Assembly (NCBI GenBank): GCA_002633005.1
Contig: NMRA01000116.1
Span: forward strand, 841,237-905,236
Reading direction: 5' to 3'
Length of the DNA: 64,000 nt
DNA from: Phoronis australis
Taxonomy: Eukaryota; Animalia; Phoronida
In this document: one piece after another, positions 51,030 through 63,407 of the stretch
Position numbering within the stretch: position 1 is the stretch's first letter
Layout of the letters: every line of letters starts with the position of its first letter
The notes under the pieces: generated by a model
Databases searched by the model: none
The model's input: the letters and a program-made list of their open reading frames with translations, nothing else
What the model was told of the DNA's origin: nothing
Program-made: the position numbers and the translations under genes

Positions 51030-52449
51030 TTTTGTTTAGCGTCTGATGTGTGTCGTTTAAGATATTGAACGCTCGTGTTTTCTGGTACGTGCATTCATTA
51101 CACCACACAGTTAAAGTTGCAATTTGCCATGTCAATACTCAACTCAAAATGTTGACTACATTTTGCTCTGCTGTTAAGACGAAAACCAAAACACTAAGAG
51201 TCGGTCAACTGTGGTAGTACACACACGTTTATTTGGACTTTGTACGCCACCAAGTGTTCATGTTACGACCTGTGGTGTTTACTTTGATTTTGAACGCTAA
51301 CCGTCTGCGTTGGCCCTTGTAACGTTTATACTATGACCTGTTGTTCATTTTGACAATGCGCACCATGTTAGAAACGGGATGGCGTTGTCCCTTTCTTCCT
51401 CAAGCGTGAATTTTATACACCCAGTACCAAGAACAGAGGAACAACGCCACCCCATTTCACAACGGTTCACTCAGTGTTTCCGAAAGAGGTTCCAGTTTTG
51501 ATCGTCAAATGTGCACTTCATTCCCAGTTGCGGAAATCACAAAATTAATTATCATTAACTTGTCGCGAAAACATAATAATTGATTTCTACCATTAAAAGG
51601 GACTGAATGGTTACTTGACCTTTACTTGAAGAAGATCCATAAATTACGAGTTGGTACACCCCAAAGAACTTTTAAGTTAAAACTAATTGTTTCTGTTGAC
51701 GCAATGGATGACAGTGTTGGAAATGGAAATCATATTTTATCGTGGTTTGGATAGGTTTAAAACGTCATCCTGTGTTGTTTGAGTAACTTGCTTCAGTTTA
51801 CACGGTAGGCTTTGAGTGAATAGGAAATGAAGCGTGCTGCTCAAAACCATTCTCTACGGCTCGTACAGGTACAGAAAGTTTCCAAGCATTTCATTCTCAA
51901 CTGATCTTTATACCAAAGTGCTTGAAATTGAAAGGCGCACTCAACAATTCTATTAACATTTCAGTTTTAATCTATGTTTTTAATTCTCCTTAAATCATTC
52001 ATTTTGTAACTTTTGTTTTCTCTTTCCACGAGACAAAAATTTCAAAGATATTTTAGTAATGGTCAGGAACTTCCTACTGGACACAAAGTACACACATGAA
52101 TGAATTATGTCCATGTTCTCTATTTCCTGGAAATTTTAGGGATGCGAAACCGGTGGGAACCTGAGGCAGGCTGATAATCCTGTCTATGCCTCTTCACTGA
52201 CCTATATGTATGCTTGATAGAAGCCCTTGAGAGGTTGCGCCTGTACAAGCAGAATCCACAATGAGAACTGACTTACTATAGACACGCTCTCACAAAGAAT
52301 TTAACTGTCAGGGCACAGTTACATTTTAAATAAAAAGTGACCAATTAAATGGAATTGTGAATTCTTTCATCATCCAATTTCTAAAGAAAGAATACTGGGT
52401 ATTGAGGAAAACTGCTAAATACTACGGAACGTTTATTGACAATAAGTGC

Positions 52450-55400
52450 CTATGACGTAACAGTGTGATAAATTTCGTAGTTGTAGTGTCCTCCGCATGT
52501 CTGCCCGAAACCATCGGCACATGGAAGTTGGCAATTGACGTCATCTACCACGACGCCGCTGAAGGTGCTGTCACCACAGTAGCATCTGTCACCGTTACTT
52601 AACCCGGCGTAACTGTAGCCACGGCTGGCGCATAACCGTTTACAGTAATAGGCGGAGTTCTTTTGAGTTGAGATAGCAAAGTAGAACCCCGTGTAAATAC
52701 GACCGAAGCAGCCAACTCTGTCTCCTGGAAGTAAAAGTGTAAATATATGTCTAGACTACAGTAGAATGAAGCCGTAGTCACGAGGTGTCATAGTTAATAA
52801 GCATGTCGTTTTTCGACGTTCCAAGTCACCTCCTGCATTTTGACGGTCAATTGAATTCAAGTCGAACCCCATTAGCGTCATTAGCCAAAGATCTAGTCGA
52901 TTACGAAGACATACGAGGCTCAGTGCCGTAGGCGTCAACAAGATCATGTGTGGTCAACTAAGATATAAATTTCAAAAACTCTCAATCTTTGCAGGCGCCG
53001 GTGAATCGTCGGTTAGCGAAATCGAAGGGCTACCGTGGGTTAGCAAGCACCCGCTGGCTGTCCTGTCAGTGTTGTCTAACTATCTACGTTCTTTTGTCAT
53101 CTAATCTGGTTTCTAAGGAATAATTAAAATGTGTCACACATCTCCACCAAACTTAGCACTTTCCCAAATTATGGAGACGAGTGCACACCAAGGACCCTGA
53201 CTGATTTCTGGGGGAAATCGCCACGTTACAATTCCTGATGTTTCTTTAAGTATTTTGAGTTATCACCGCTGTAAAGGTTACGAAGGTTTATAGCTGGTTT
53301 CCAAAAGCTAATTAAGATAGCATATACGTCCATAACATCTTTCAGAGGCACGCTTACTTGAATAGGCACTCACCGCACGATTGACATGACTTCTTGCAGT
53401 AGTGTAACATGTAGCTAAAGTTTCGCTCGCATTCGGACGGGCTCCAAGATGCCCAGTGTGGGCACGATTTATTTTCATCCATACAACTAGAAGACGTCAC
53501 CGGGGCAGATGTAGCTAAAATGAAAGTTACGTGCAAGTCAAAAACACAAACCATATACACTTGCTTGCTTTTTTGATGCGACAGATATTGGTCACACGTC
53601 TTTCACTTGTACTTATTCATGAAGAGGAAGGTAACATCTTTGGTGTCTTTTTTAAATTAGACTATGATTTTCTAGCTATCTTATTAAATTCCCCCGGGTT
53701 CTAATTAGTTATTCGTTCGCAATGTCAGAAGAAACGTGCGTAACCCTAATCATTCCCGCCATCGCTGTGTACATGCGCACTTCTGACTGTGTTACACCGT
53801 TATTTGCCTTTCTCTGAGTCTTATTCAGTATGCTCGGAAGTCGTTGGAAATCGGGATGCAAGCCTGCGAAAAGTATACTAAAACCTTCGTTTCATCGATT
53901 TCCAAGAGATGACCAGATCCGATCGCTGCGTGTGAAGAATGTAGTGTTGTCCTTTCACGCCACGACTAAAGCGGTGCAAAACTGTCTAGTGAAAAGAACA
54001 TGTACGCAGAGATTATGGAGGCACCTGCGACATGTTCCTAAGACGGGTACCATACCGTCGGTGTTTCATTTCTATGCTCCCTCACCACTTGCATGGAGTG
54101 CTTTTTTAAAACGCGAGGTTTTGCGAGTTACACCCACTGCAGTGACTAAGGACCACGAAGTTGGTGTGACCAATAAGTGTGAACAGTCACTGCAGCGTCC
54201 CAGGTCAGTAACCACCACAGCTTCAACATGTACGCATACTTGTTGTCAGCGGAACAGCACCGCACCATCAAAATTTCTTGTTTTTGACATTCAGTGAAGT
54301 TGGGTTGCCGTGAAGTATTGTGGGGAAACTCTGTGCGACTAAGCAATGCAGACCGCTAGTGGTGCGGCGAGGAAGTAATGGTGCCCACGGTCCTCCGTCG
54401 GAGGAAAAAAGTCACTCTGGCAATACCGATCGTTTTCACAGGGGATTTTTCATCGGATCAAATGTACTCCATCACTCTGCCATCGATATGAACAAGGGGA
54501 AAATGCTGTGGTCCTGTAACCTTACATTCAGCGTGGGCAAAGATCATGTTCAGCCTGATAAATCAGAGTTTCCCGATTTTTCGTTCTCGAATATTGACAA
54601 CTACGTGTACGTGATTCACGTTTTTATGGGCGCCGACTTAAGCCATTTCCAGGCCAGTGTAGACCAAGCAATGGCTAAATCCCACTCAGACGAGTTTTAT
54701 TTCAATCTAGCAATGTCCGACGATACACGTCGAAAACAAATAATTACGGCAAATTTTGGAAATCGCATTCAACAGATGTCCTCAAGGAATCGTCTTGCAA
54801 AAAGCTGGCAGGGAATGATTAGGGCCGCGAACGTCACTTTCGAAATTACGCATACATATTTCATTGGAAGCAGGGTGACTTTAATTAACCTGGAAATTTG
54901 TCTAGAAAAGTGTAATTGAACCGTCTATACACTAAAAACTGTTTCCCATGTAAGTAGATAGGTCAAATGTCTGTCACTGCGACCGTACCGTATAGGTTTA
55001 CCTCATATCTAAAACTATTTGTCGATGACGTTTTCGCTGCATCTCACTTGGGTCGCTCAAAGATGCTTATGATTAATAAAAAATAACATTATTGCTCTTA
55101 TCCCTGGGGCTCTATACTTACAAGATGGCAAGACAGTCTGGCTGTTCCCGCAACTGTACATCGCGCGCACTTTGTACAAGTCAGTGGCGCTGAGCCTTTC
55201 TCTTTGTCCCAAATCGGATGGACTACCACTCTTGGGAGTGATTGTGTATTGTCCGTTTTGGCTGAATTCTGTTGCCGAGTACTGCATTACACTGGTGATA
55301 TCGTAGGTGGTGCCGTATGTCAACGAGCCCGCATGAGTATCAAACGCATACCACAAGTCTGCAAACACGAAAAAATCTGGAGTAACAATTGTTTTTTAGT

Positions 55401-58400
55401 AATCGTTAATCGTCGTTATCCTTCGGACATCACCGCCACACACAAACAGTTGTTACCAAGAGCGTGTGATGTAAATTTCTTCATCTCAAATGTTTTGGAG
55501 AGAGATATGGAATTCGTTGAATTAAAGGTCAAATATGCTGAAAAATATGCATACATTTGAAAATAAGCTGTGCTCAACCTTAAACGTATCGCTTCCTTGA
55601 TGGAGTATCATCAAAAGACAACAACAGTCCTTATGAATAAAACATAGTGACACTAGCTGTTAATGTCCACTCGCGGCAACTAATTTTATATTTCTTTATA
55701 AGATTAAATACTGTCATTAAGAAGGGCTTCAAATGAATGGATTTTTTGAATCTTAGAAATTAGGCCTTTAGTAGTAATCTATTGGTTGTACTTTCTTCAA
55801 TGTGACAGCGTCTACATGTATAGACTTAAGAATGCATACGTACCTCTGGGAATGTTTTCCCAGTGAATGGTAACGTATTGGTCTCTGTCTTCGCGAGCCA
55901 TCTCATGTCCAAAACCAATTGCATGCATGATTTCGTGAAGAACAGTTCCAAATTTATTGAAGCAATCGGGTGCGAGGTTAATCGCCTGGGGGCCTCCGAT
56001 TCTTCCGACGTAGCTGCTGCACCTACATTAAAAGGAAAACGGAAATGAGATTTTGAGTGTAACGTACTCGTAGGTATAGACTGACTCGATCTGGCTAACT
56101 CGACTTTGGTGTACCACTGACTGTTTTTTTTATTTCTGACCAGCTACTTCAATGTCATCCACCCGTTGGTGAATTTTGGACGCGAGTCTACAAGCTCTTT
56201 CCCGGCATATAACAAAGTAGTAAGTCTAAACTGCTATCTGTGAACCTTCATGTAGATAATAGAGACGACCCCAATCTTGAGTCAAAGCATCTCAGTAGTT
56301 ACAATGGAATTTGGCCTGAGCTATTCTTTGGTAAACTATTTCTTCCATTTTGAATTGGGGTTGAATCAGACAGTGCTAACAACAACATTGACGAATATAT
56401 TGTAAGAAAGGTTTGAGGAAACGCAACGGAACTTAACTCACCCTGCCATAGGTGATTGAAACACAACGTAATCTAGTTCACTGGTTTTTGGAATGAGACG
56501 AAGGCATGTATTGTCTCCGAAGTATTGAAATGCCCTTTGGAGAGTTTGCCGAGATGTGCTGTCTAAAAAGAATTAATAGATGTCATTATGAATTTTCATT
56601 ATTCCGATAGCCCCCTCCTGGAATACAATGGTAAACGTAACCCTAGATTTACCTAAATTCCTACACATCCGTAGATCATTTCACTTGCTGTTAAACTGCT
56701 CTCGAGTTGTTGACTATGTTTGACCAATAACATCACAGCGTTCGTCGACATTTAATATCAAACATGTATAAACATAGCACCGCCGACACCTAGTTGTATA
56801 AATAACGCTACCGTCAACACGTTTGCAAACTCGAAAGTTTAAGGCGCTCAAAACATGATCATTCAACGCCCAAAGAAGTCAACTGGAACTACTGAATGAC
56901 TGGTTTTTGTAATTTGTCTTTCGAATTTTTACAGCTCTATTGGTCTACTTTGACGCATTATATGTATATCGAGTCCAACAGTTGAAGAGGTTTGTTCTTA
57001 CCAAAACCGTATATTACGTATGGAATTCTGCCACCAGGCCAACGTTTTGAAGTGTCTGGTTCTCCATTTCGTTTATTCACGTGTTTCTAAAAACAACACG
57101 TCAGTTTAATGTTAGTACTGAAACAATTAAAACCATATTCATTAAACTTGTGCATTTCAGAGAACGTTTGTATCAATGTGAAAAATATTTTATGAAATTT
57201 GCGTCAAGTAAAATGTCATTTTGTCCAACATGTAGTGACATCTTACCTGAACCAGCTCCAACAGGTTCAACATCTTACCTGAGCCAGTATTATGTCGCCT
57301 TCAAATAAATCTGGAAAGAGAAAACGGTTTGCTTGCTAATTTCCGTAAAAAAAGAAAGTTTCCGAATGTACGTTTTTGTGCAATCACTTCACCATTAAAT
57401 TGTTGCCGCAAATTTCTCCCTTTGGACCCTGGTCACCACAAATGGTGCGATTACGCCCCTGCTTGTTTTTCATAGTTACAGTACACCTACAGATTTGAAA
57501 ACCCAGTTGTAATTTGGGTGCGTGTATGTGTACACGTGACCAATTTACACGAACCTGGACATGTGCGTCTATAGGTGAACGTGTAATTAGATGACGACTT
57601 TTCTTTCGGTTTTCATTTTATTTATTTCACAAACATACGTGTATGATTGTACGCTTGCGAAACCTCTCTACTAAGACAAGGTACTTCATGTATGTCGTGA
57701 CTTACCTCCATACTCCGCAGTGTTCGGCACGGTGCTGGTTCTTTCACTGCTTTGAACAAAAGAACACATATAGGCCTACTAGGGGATTGGGACGCGACAC
57801 TGATAACAAATATTTTTAATAAATCGCATTGGTAACGTGCGTCGGTAGCTTGGGTAGTGTTACCGTGGATACCATACATTATTGCATTGGGTGATGTTCA
57901 TAGCATTGATACTGTAGGGTATATCGGCAGGAAATTTTCCTTCAGTCAATTTTTTAGCAAGACGTTCCATTTGCTTTTAATATTTTTAATAGATAAACAC
58001 TGTAATTGTCGGCAGGCTATTTTCGCCTTTATCTGATGTAAAAGATGACACAGGCCCGTGGCAGTGAGGAAGGCACGAAAAGTCAATATTACAGGCTTCA
58101 TACTCAAATAGCATAACGAGAATATATATAATACAATACAATACAATACAATACAATACAATTGTTTGGCTCTTCGTCTCTCATGAGACCTATTCAGGGA
58201 CGTCTTTGCACACACGAATGTTTGACCCCACACCAAAGAGTACAACGAAGACCTTTTCGAGAAGTTTCGTTCGCATGCTGTGAGGAATAACAATTTGGGA
58301 GCTCCTGTTGACGATGTAATCATCGACTCTGAGTTCAACTATATAACACCAAATCATTACAAACCACGGTGTTGGATAGATACTCTGATCAACCAACGCT

Positions 58401-61400
58401 TGTGGTTTCAGTAACAGGAGTCATAATTGGGTGCACTGACGTTTGTTCTGTCACTTCAGTCATACTACGTGACTGCTGTAGTTCATCTCGTGCATCCACG
58501 CTGAAGACATAAGTTCGTGTTGGGAGGGTCTTGAACTTCTTACACGCAAGTTTATGAAGTATTTCATCAACAGTTGGTAACTGGGAATTGTGACTGTTTC
58601 TTCATATCGTTTGGCTTGGTCTATATACAGATGGGTATTTTGGCTGTGTTGTAAAAGCGCATGTTACTGTACCAATCAGTGGGTTTTTCAACTTTGATCA
58701 ATTTTCCTGTTTTGATCATTTTCCTGAGTTTGGCCTTCGCCTGTTTCATCTTGTCAACGGGTATTTCTGCACTGCGGCGTGAACTGGAATCATTGAAGTT
58801 TCCAGGGAGACTGAGTGCACTGGCTTTCCAATTATACCTAGGCACTATTGGAAAACGATGAATGCGGTTTCACAACATGCCTGGGAGTAAGATGGAGAGG
58901 CGACTTGTCTAGGGCATGAAGCTGGTAGTTGTGTGTCTTAGTGAGCGGACTGACCGACGGAGTGGCATCAGAGAAAGCTTTGAGTGTGCCCAACTTCTCA
59001 CTATCCGAGCCACTGCATGGGCAAATTTCAATAGCAGAGAAATCTTTAATCTCTTGAAATTTGACTTTGACTCAAATTCTCGCTTTCCAAGCGACATGTT
59101 ACAGCTTGTCTGTGACATCATGAGGATCAAGTACTTGAAAAAACCTTCAGGTTAAGCCTTCATTGATGTCCAAATTAAAAGATCTACAGTTTGTTATTAC
59201 TACATGACATTGAAAAAATGGCTTACCTCCAGGCGTAGTATTGCGTTGTACCTGAAACGATTACACACACATAGCTGACGATCTGACGATACGTGCGCTT
59301 GGTTTTGTTAAAGTGAACAGCCAATCTTTATTTCTAGCAAGAACTGCAAATTAACAAGTCAGTCAAAGATCCAAAACTAAACTAATATCTGACGTACAAT
59401 TTACTGAATTCGGAGGCTTTCCTGGCATTAATTTACTATTTTTCAGTGTTCAAATTGTCGAATGTTTCTGTGGGAATAAAATATTAAGCGTTTGTGGCTG
59501 CTTATCAATGTATTATTTACAACGAGGGTAGCCCCACCAGTTCACACTTCTTTCTATGGGAGCCCTCAGTAAGAACATACAAACAGTAAAGACAAACTAA
59601 CAGAATACTAAATGAAAGACAATATTTAAATAATCAGCAAAGAATAAGAAATTAACATGGAAAGACCGATGAAAGAAAATAAAAAAGAGAATATGTTAAA
59701 TAGAAGATATTAAATGTAAGACAAGATGATTAACTAAAATACAAATATAAATATTTAATAAAACAGACAATAAATAGTTAATAAAAGTATGTGGAACAAT
59801 GCGTTTTTTCCGCATGATTTTTTCACTCGAGTGTCACGCATATAGACTCAATTCCATGGTTATATGTTATAGGTTANCGCATGCTGTGAGGAATAACAAT
59901 TTGGGAGCTCCTGTTGACGATGTAATCATCGACTCTGAGTTCAACTATATAACACCAAATCATTACAAACCACGGTGTTGGATAGATACTCTGATCAACC
60001 AACGCTTGTGGTTTCAGTAACAGGAGTCATAATTGGGTGCACTGACGTTTGTTCTGTCACTTCAGTCATACTACGTGACTGCTGTAGTTCATCTCGTGCA
60101 TCCACGCTGAAGACATAAGTTCGTGTTGGGAGGGTCTTGAACTTCTTACACGCAAGTTTATGAAGTATTTCATCAACAGTTGGTAACTGGGAATTGTGAC
60201 TGTTTCTTCATATCGTTTGGCTTGGTCTATATACAGATGGGTATTTTGGCTGTGTTGTAAAAGCGCATGTTACTGTACCAATCAGTGGGTTTTTCAACTT
60301 TGATCAATTTTCCTGTTTTGATCATTTTCCTGAGTTTGGCCTTCGCCTGTTTCATCTTGTCAACGGGTATTTCGGCACTGCGGCGTGAACAGGAGTCATT
60401 GAAGTTTCCAGGGAGACTGAGTGCACTGGCTTTCCAATTATACCTAGATACTATTGGCAAACGATGAATGCGGTTTCACGACATGCCTGGGAGTAAGATG
60501 GAGAGGCGACTTGTCTAGGGCATGAAGCTGGTAGTTGTGTGTCTTAGTGAGCGGACTGACCGACGGAGTGGCATCAGAGAAAGCTTTGAGTGTGCCCAAC
60601 TTCTCACTATCCGAGCCACTGCATGGGCAAATTTCAATAGCAGAGAAATCTTTAATCTCTTGAAATTTGACTTGACTCAAATTCTCGCTTTCCAAGCGAC
60701 ATGTTACAGCGTGTCTGTGACATCATGAGCGTCAAGTACTTGAAAAAACCTTCAGGTTAAGCCTTCATTGATGTCCAAATTAAAAGATCTACAGTTTGTT
60801 ATTACTACATGACATTGAAAAAATGGCTTACCTCCAGGCGTAGTATTGCGTTGTCCCTGAAACGATTACACAAACATAGCTGACGATCTGACGATACGTA
60901 CGGTTGGTTTTGTTAAAGTGAACAGCCAATCTTTATTTCTAGCAAGAACTGCAAATTAACTAGTCAGTCAAAGATCCAAAACTAAACTAATATCTGACGT
61001 ACAATTTACTGAATTCGGAGGCTTTCCTGGCATTAATTTACTATTTTTCAGTGTTCAAATTGTCGAATGTTTCTGTGGGATTAAAATAAGCGTTTGTGGC
61101 TTCTTATCAATGTAATATTTACAATGAGGGTAGCCCCACCAGTTCACACTTTTTTCTATGGGGGCCCTCAGTAAGAACATATAAACAGTAAAGACAAACT
61201 AACAGAATTACAAAATGAAAGACAATATTTAAATAATCAGCAAAGAATAAGAAATTAACATGGAAAGACCGATGAAAGAAAATAAAAAATAGAATATGTT
61301 AAATAGAAGATATTAAATGTAAGACAAGATGATTAACTAAAATACAAATATAAATATTTAATAAAACAGACAATAAATAGTTAATAAAAGTATGTGGAAC

Positions 61401-61781
61401 AATGCGTTTTTCCGCATGATTTTTTTCACTCGAGTGTCACGCATATAGACTCAATTCCAGGGTTATATGTTATAGGTTAAGTCAATGGCATTTTTGATTG
61501 CCTTTGGTTATTAGAGATTCTACTGTTGGCACGATGTTCTGGGATTCCATCAAGAGGTACAACTCAAGTAACTGTTCTGAAAAAAAAAACTCTGGCCATC
61601 GGTTAGTAATGTCCTTTATATGGGGCCATATCTGGGGAAACTAGCTGACGTCAGCAGTAGACAGTGCGACAGGAACTGTACATACTCAGGATAGGAAATA
61701 CTTTACCTCAACTTCAACCGGATGTCCGAAGCATAAACAACAAAATAATGGTATTAACAAAACGGTGATTGCAGCGTTCAT
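52450..61781 (-). CDS. Gene B: secreted astacin (M12A) zinc metalloprotease with one ShK domain and a C-terminal WSC domain, ~389 aa. Exons 61707-61781, 60832-60856 (or its duplicate 59227-59251), 57279-57310, 57002-57086, 56442-56562, 55844-56022, 55122-55358, 53374-53514, 52450-52724
   Basis: Signal peptide MNAAITVLLIPLFCCLCFGHP; prodomain FEGDI; KRNG...RWPGGRIPY; zinc motif HEIMHAIGFGHEMAREDRD; Met-turn SVMQY; ShK CMDENKSCPHWA...CKKSCQSC; WSC GDRVGCF...YCKRLC...YAGL...CYCG...CGGHYNYEIY. All introns GT-AG with compatible phases; AATAAA at 52432-52437 (-). Confidence 0.92.
58129..58161. repeat. (ATACA)n microsatellite
   Basis: About six tandem ATACA units. Confidence 0.9.
58190..59150 (-). 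mobile_element. Decayed Ty3/Gypsy pol fragment in a gene B intron (duplicated at ~59878-60750)
   Basis: LRKMIKTGKLIKVEKPTDWYSNM...KIPICI resembles the N-terminus of Gypsy RT; QIVIPHSMRTKLLEKV resembles the region before the integrase zinc finger. Confidence 0.75.
58272..61478. repeat. 1.6-kb near-identical tandem duplication joined at a single N (58272-59876 and 59878-61478)
   Basis: Direct comparison shows only scattered substitutions and 1-bp indels; N at 59877. Confidence 0.92.
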
Positions 61782-62609
61782 ATTTCACCAGCGATTTTTA
61801 GGAATCAAAAGAAAGTGGCACTTGGTAGTGTTTTTATTATTAATTTTTCTAAAATCTGTCTTTTCCCACAGTGGTTTAGGGGCACGTTAACAAATAGTGC
61901 GCAGAAGACATTGTTTATACGCAGTTAATCGAACACGACCCCTATACATGTATGTACATAGCACAATGTTCTGGTATATTGACCAAGCGAGTCACAACAG
62001 ATGAACTGAGATCCCTCGTAGGAGGCTCACAAATATTTACATGTGAATGCGAGCGCGTGCATCGGGGTTGCCTTGGAGACATTAACATGTACTTTAACGG
62101 CGCCGCAAAGTGTTTGTCCATTCGTTGTACAGTGTGTCTGCTAAATCAAAAATGTTAATTTCGAAAATATCATAATTTTTGTAGTTATGTTTTCAGTTTA
62201 GTCACGTCAATTTGGTGTCATTAAAGGGGTTTAGTAAGCACAATCCAACGAGGTAATTTGGAAGTGAAGAACTTAAAATTTGATTCTAATGAACAAACTA
62301 AAGGCACAGTAGTTGAGAAATTATGGCTCAAAAGGATCAAACGTCAGGGCACTGTTTCTCTGAAACTAGAGATTTTCTATGCAGCCTTTTAGAGTATCTC
62401 TGATAAAATTTCACAACTTATGTACGCACTTGCTAAACTGAAATTTAATTAGACAAATCGTGAGTTTTAAAAGTTTACACCTACCATAAAACCAAAGATA
62501 CTTCACGCAATATGTAGCTAGCACCGTTGATAAAACTCATGGGCGAGCGTCCTGATAAAGGCAGATAAGCGTGGAACATGTAATCTGAATTAATCAATGA
62601 GTCATTTAT

Positions 62610-63330
62610 AGACCGGCAGCCCAGAGCACTTAGCATAGATGAACGAGGTACCAACATCTGACCACGGGAGCATTTAAAGTCCACCTCAGTTTGTACAGAA
62701 ATGGACGTCTGCCATTGTCTGCACTCTAGGTGCGACCCCTGGGGGCCTTACAAGGAGCCCAAAATGAGCTAGACTAGATAGTCGAGGTACCAACAAAAAC
62801 TGATTTAAAACGAACAATAGTACCGCACTGAACATCGAATGACCCATGACAGACAAATTGCACTCTGGAACGGGTCCGGCAGAAACCAAAAAAGGACCCC
62901 CCAAAAATGAGCTAGCACATACATTCGAGGTACCACACCGTTTCCATATGATTCAATACATGTCACAGATCACTAAAACCCCTATGACAGACAAAATACA
63001 CTCTGGGTTGTGCCCGGCAGAAACCCCCAAAAATCTCAACCATGGCATGCTATCAAAAATTTGAGCTAGACTAGATTTTCGAGGTACCAGCCAAAACTGA
63101 ACTGTGTGTCATGGGTCATTCGGTGTTCAGTGCGGTACTATTGTTCGTTTTAAAACAGTTTTGGCCGGTACCTCGATTATCTCTAGTCTAGCTCATTTTC
63201 TGGGTCACACCCAGAGTGCAGACAACAGCAGACGTCCATTTCTGTACATACTGAGGTGGACTCTAAATGCTCCCGTGGTCAGATGTTGGTACCTCGTTCA
63301 TCTATGCTAAGTGCTCTGGGCTGCAGGTCT
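62610..63330. mobile_element. Foldback MITE with ~230-bp TIRs and AT flanks (ISL2EU-type ends)
   Basis: AT|agaccggcagcccagagcacttagcatagatgaacgaggtacc... and ...ggtacctcgttcatctatgctaagtgctctgggctgcaggtct|AT. Confidence 0.88.
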
Positions 63331-63407
63331 ATAATTGGGCGACGTCATATCCGACCTGACCCAAGAACCTCCAAGAGACTGCTGATTGAAGCAACCGAGG
63401 CGTGCAC
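63331..63407 (-). pseudogene. Truncated WSC exon of a gene A paralog; the rest of that gene lies beyond the window
   Basis: Matches 30030-30105 ([26 protein letters not shown]) and the intron match continues to 64000; cut off by the MITE at 63330. Confidence 0.85.

Noticed and set aside
53830-54919. 155-aa and 199-aa plus-strand ORFs inside a gene B intron
   Set aside because: Reading frames are not conserved in the near-identical copy at 47659-48583; no recognisable domain.
55250-55295. SVMQY instead of SxMHY in gene B as a sign of catalytic inactivity
   Set aside because: The Met, the Tyr, all three zinc-binding His and the catalytic Glu are retained, so there is no basis for calling it inactive.
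59227-60856. Two 25-nt exon-2 copies in gene B as mutually exclusive exons
   Set aside because: Both lie in a near-identical 1.6-kb duplication joined at a single N, so an assembly artefact is more likely.
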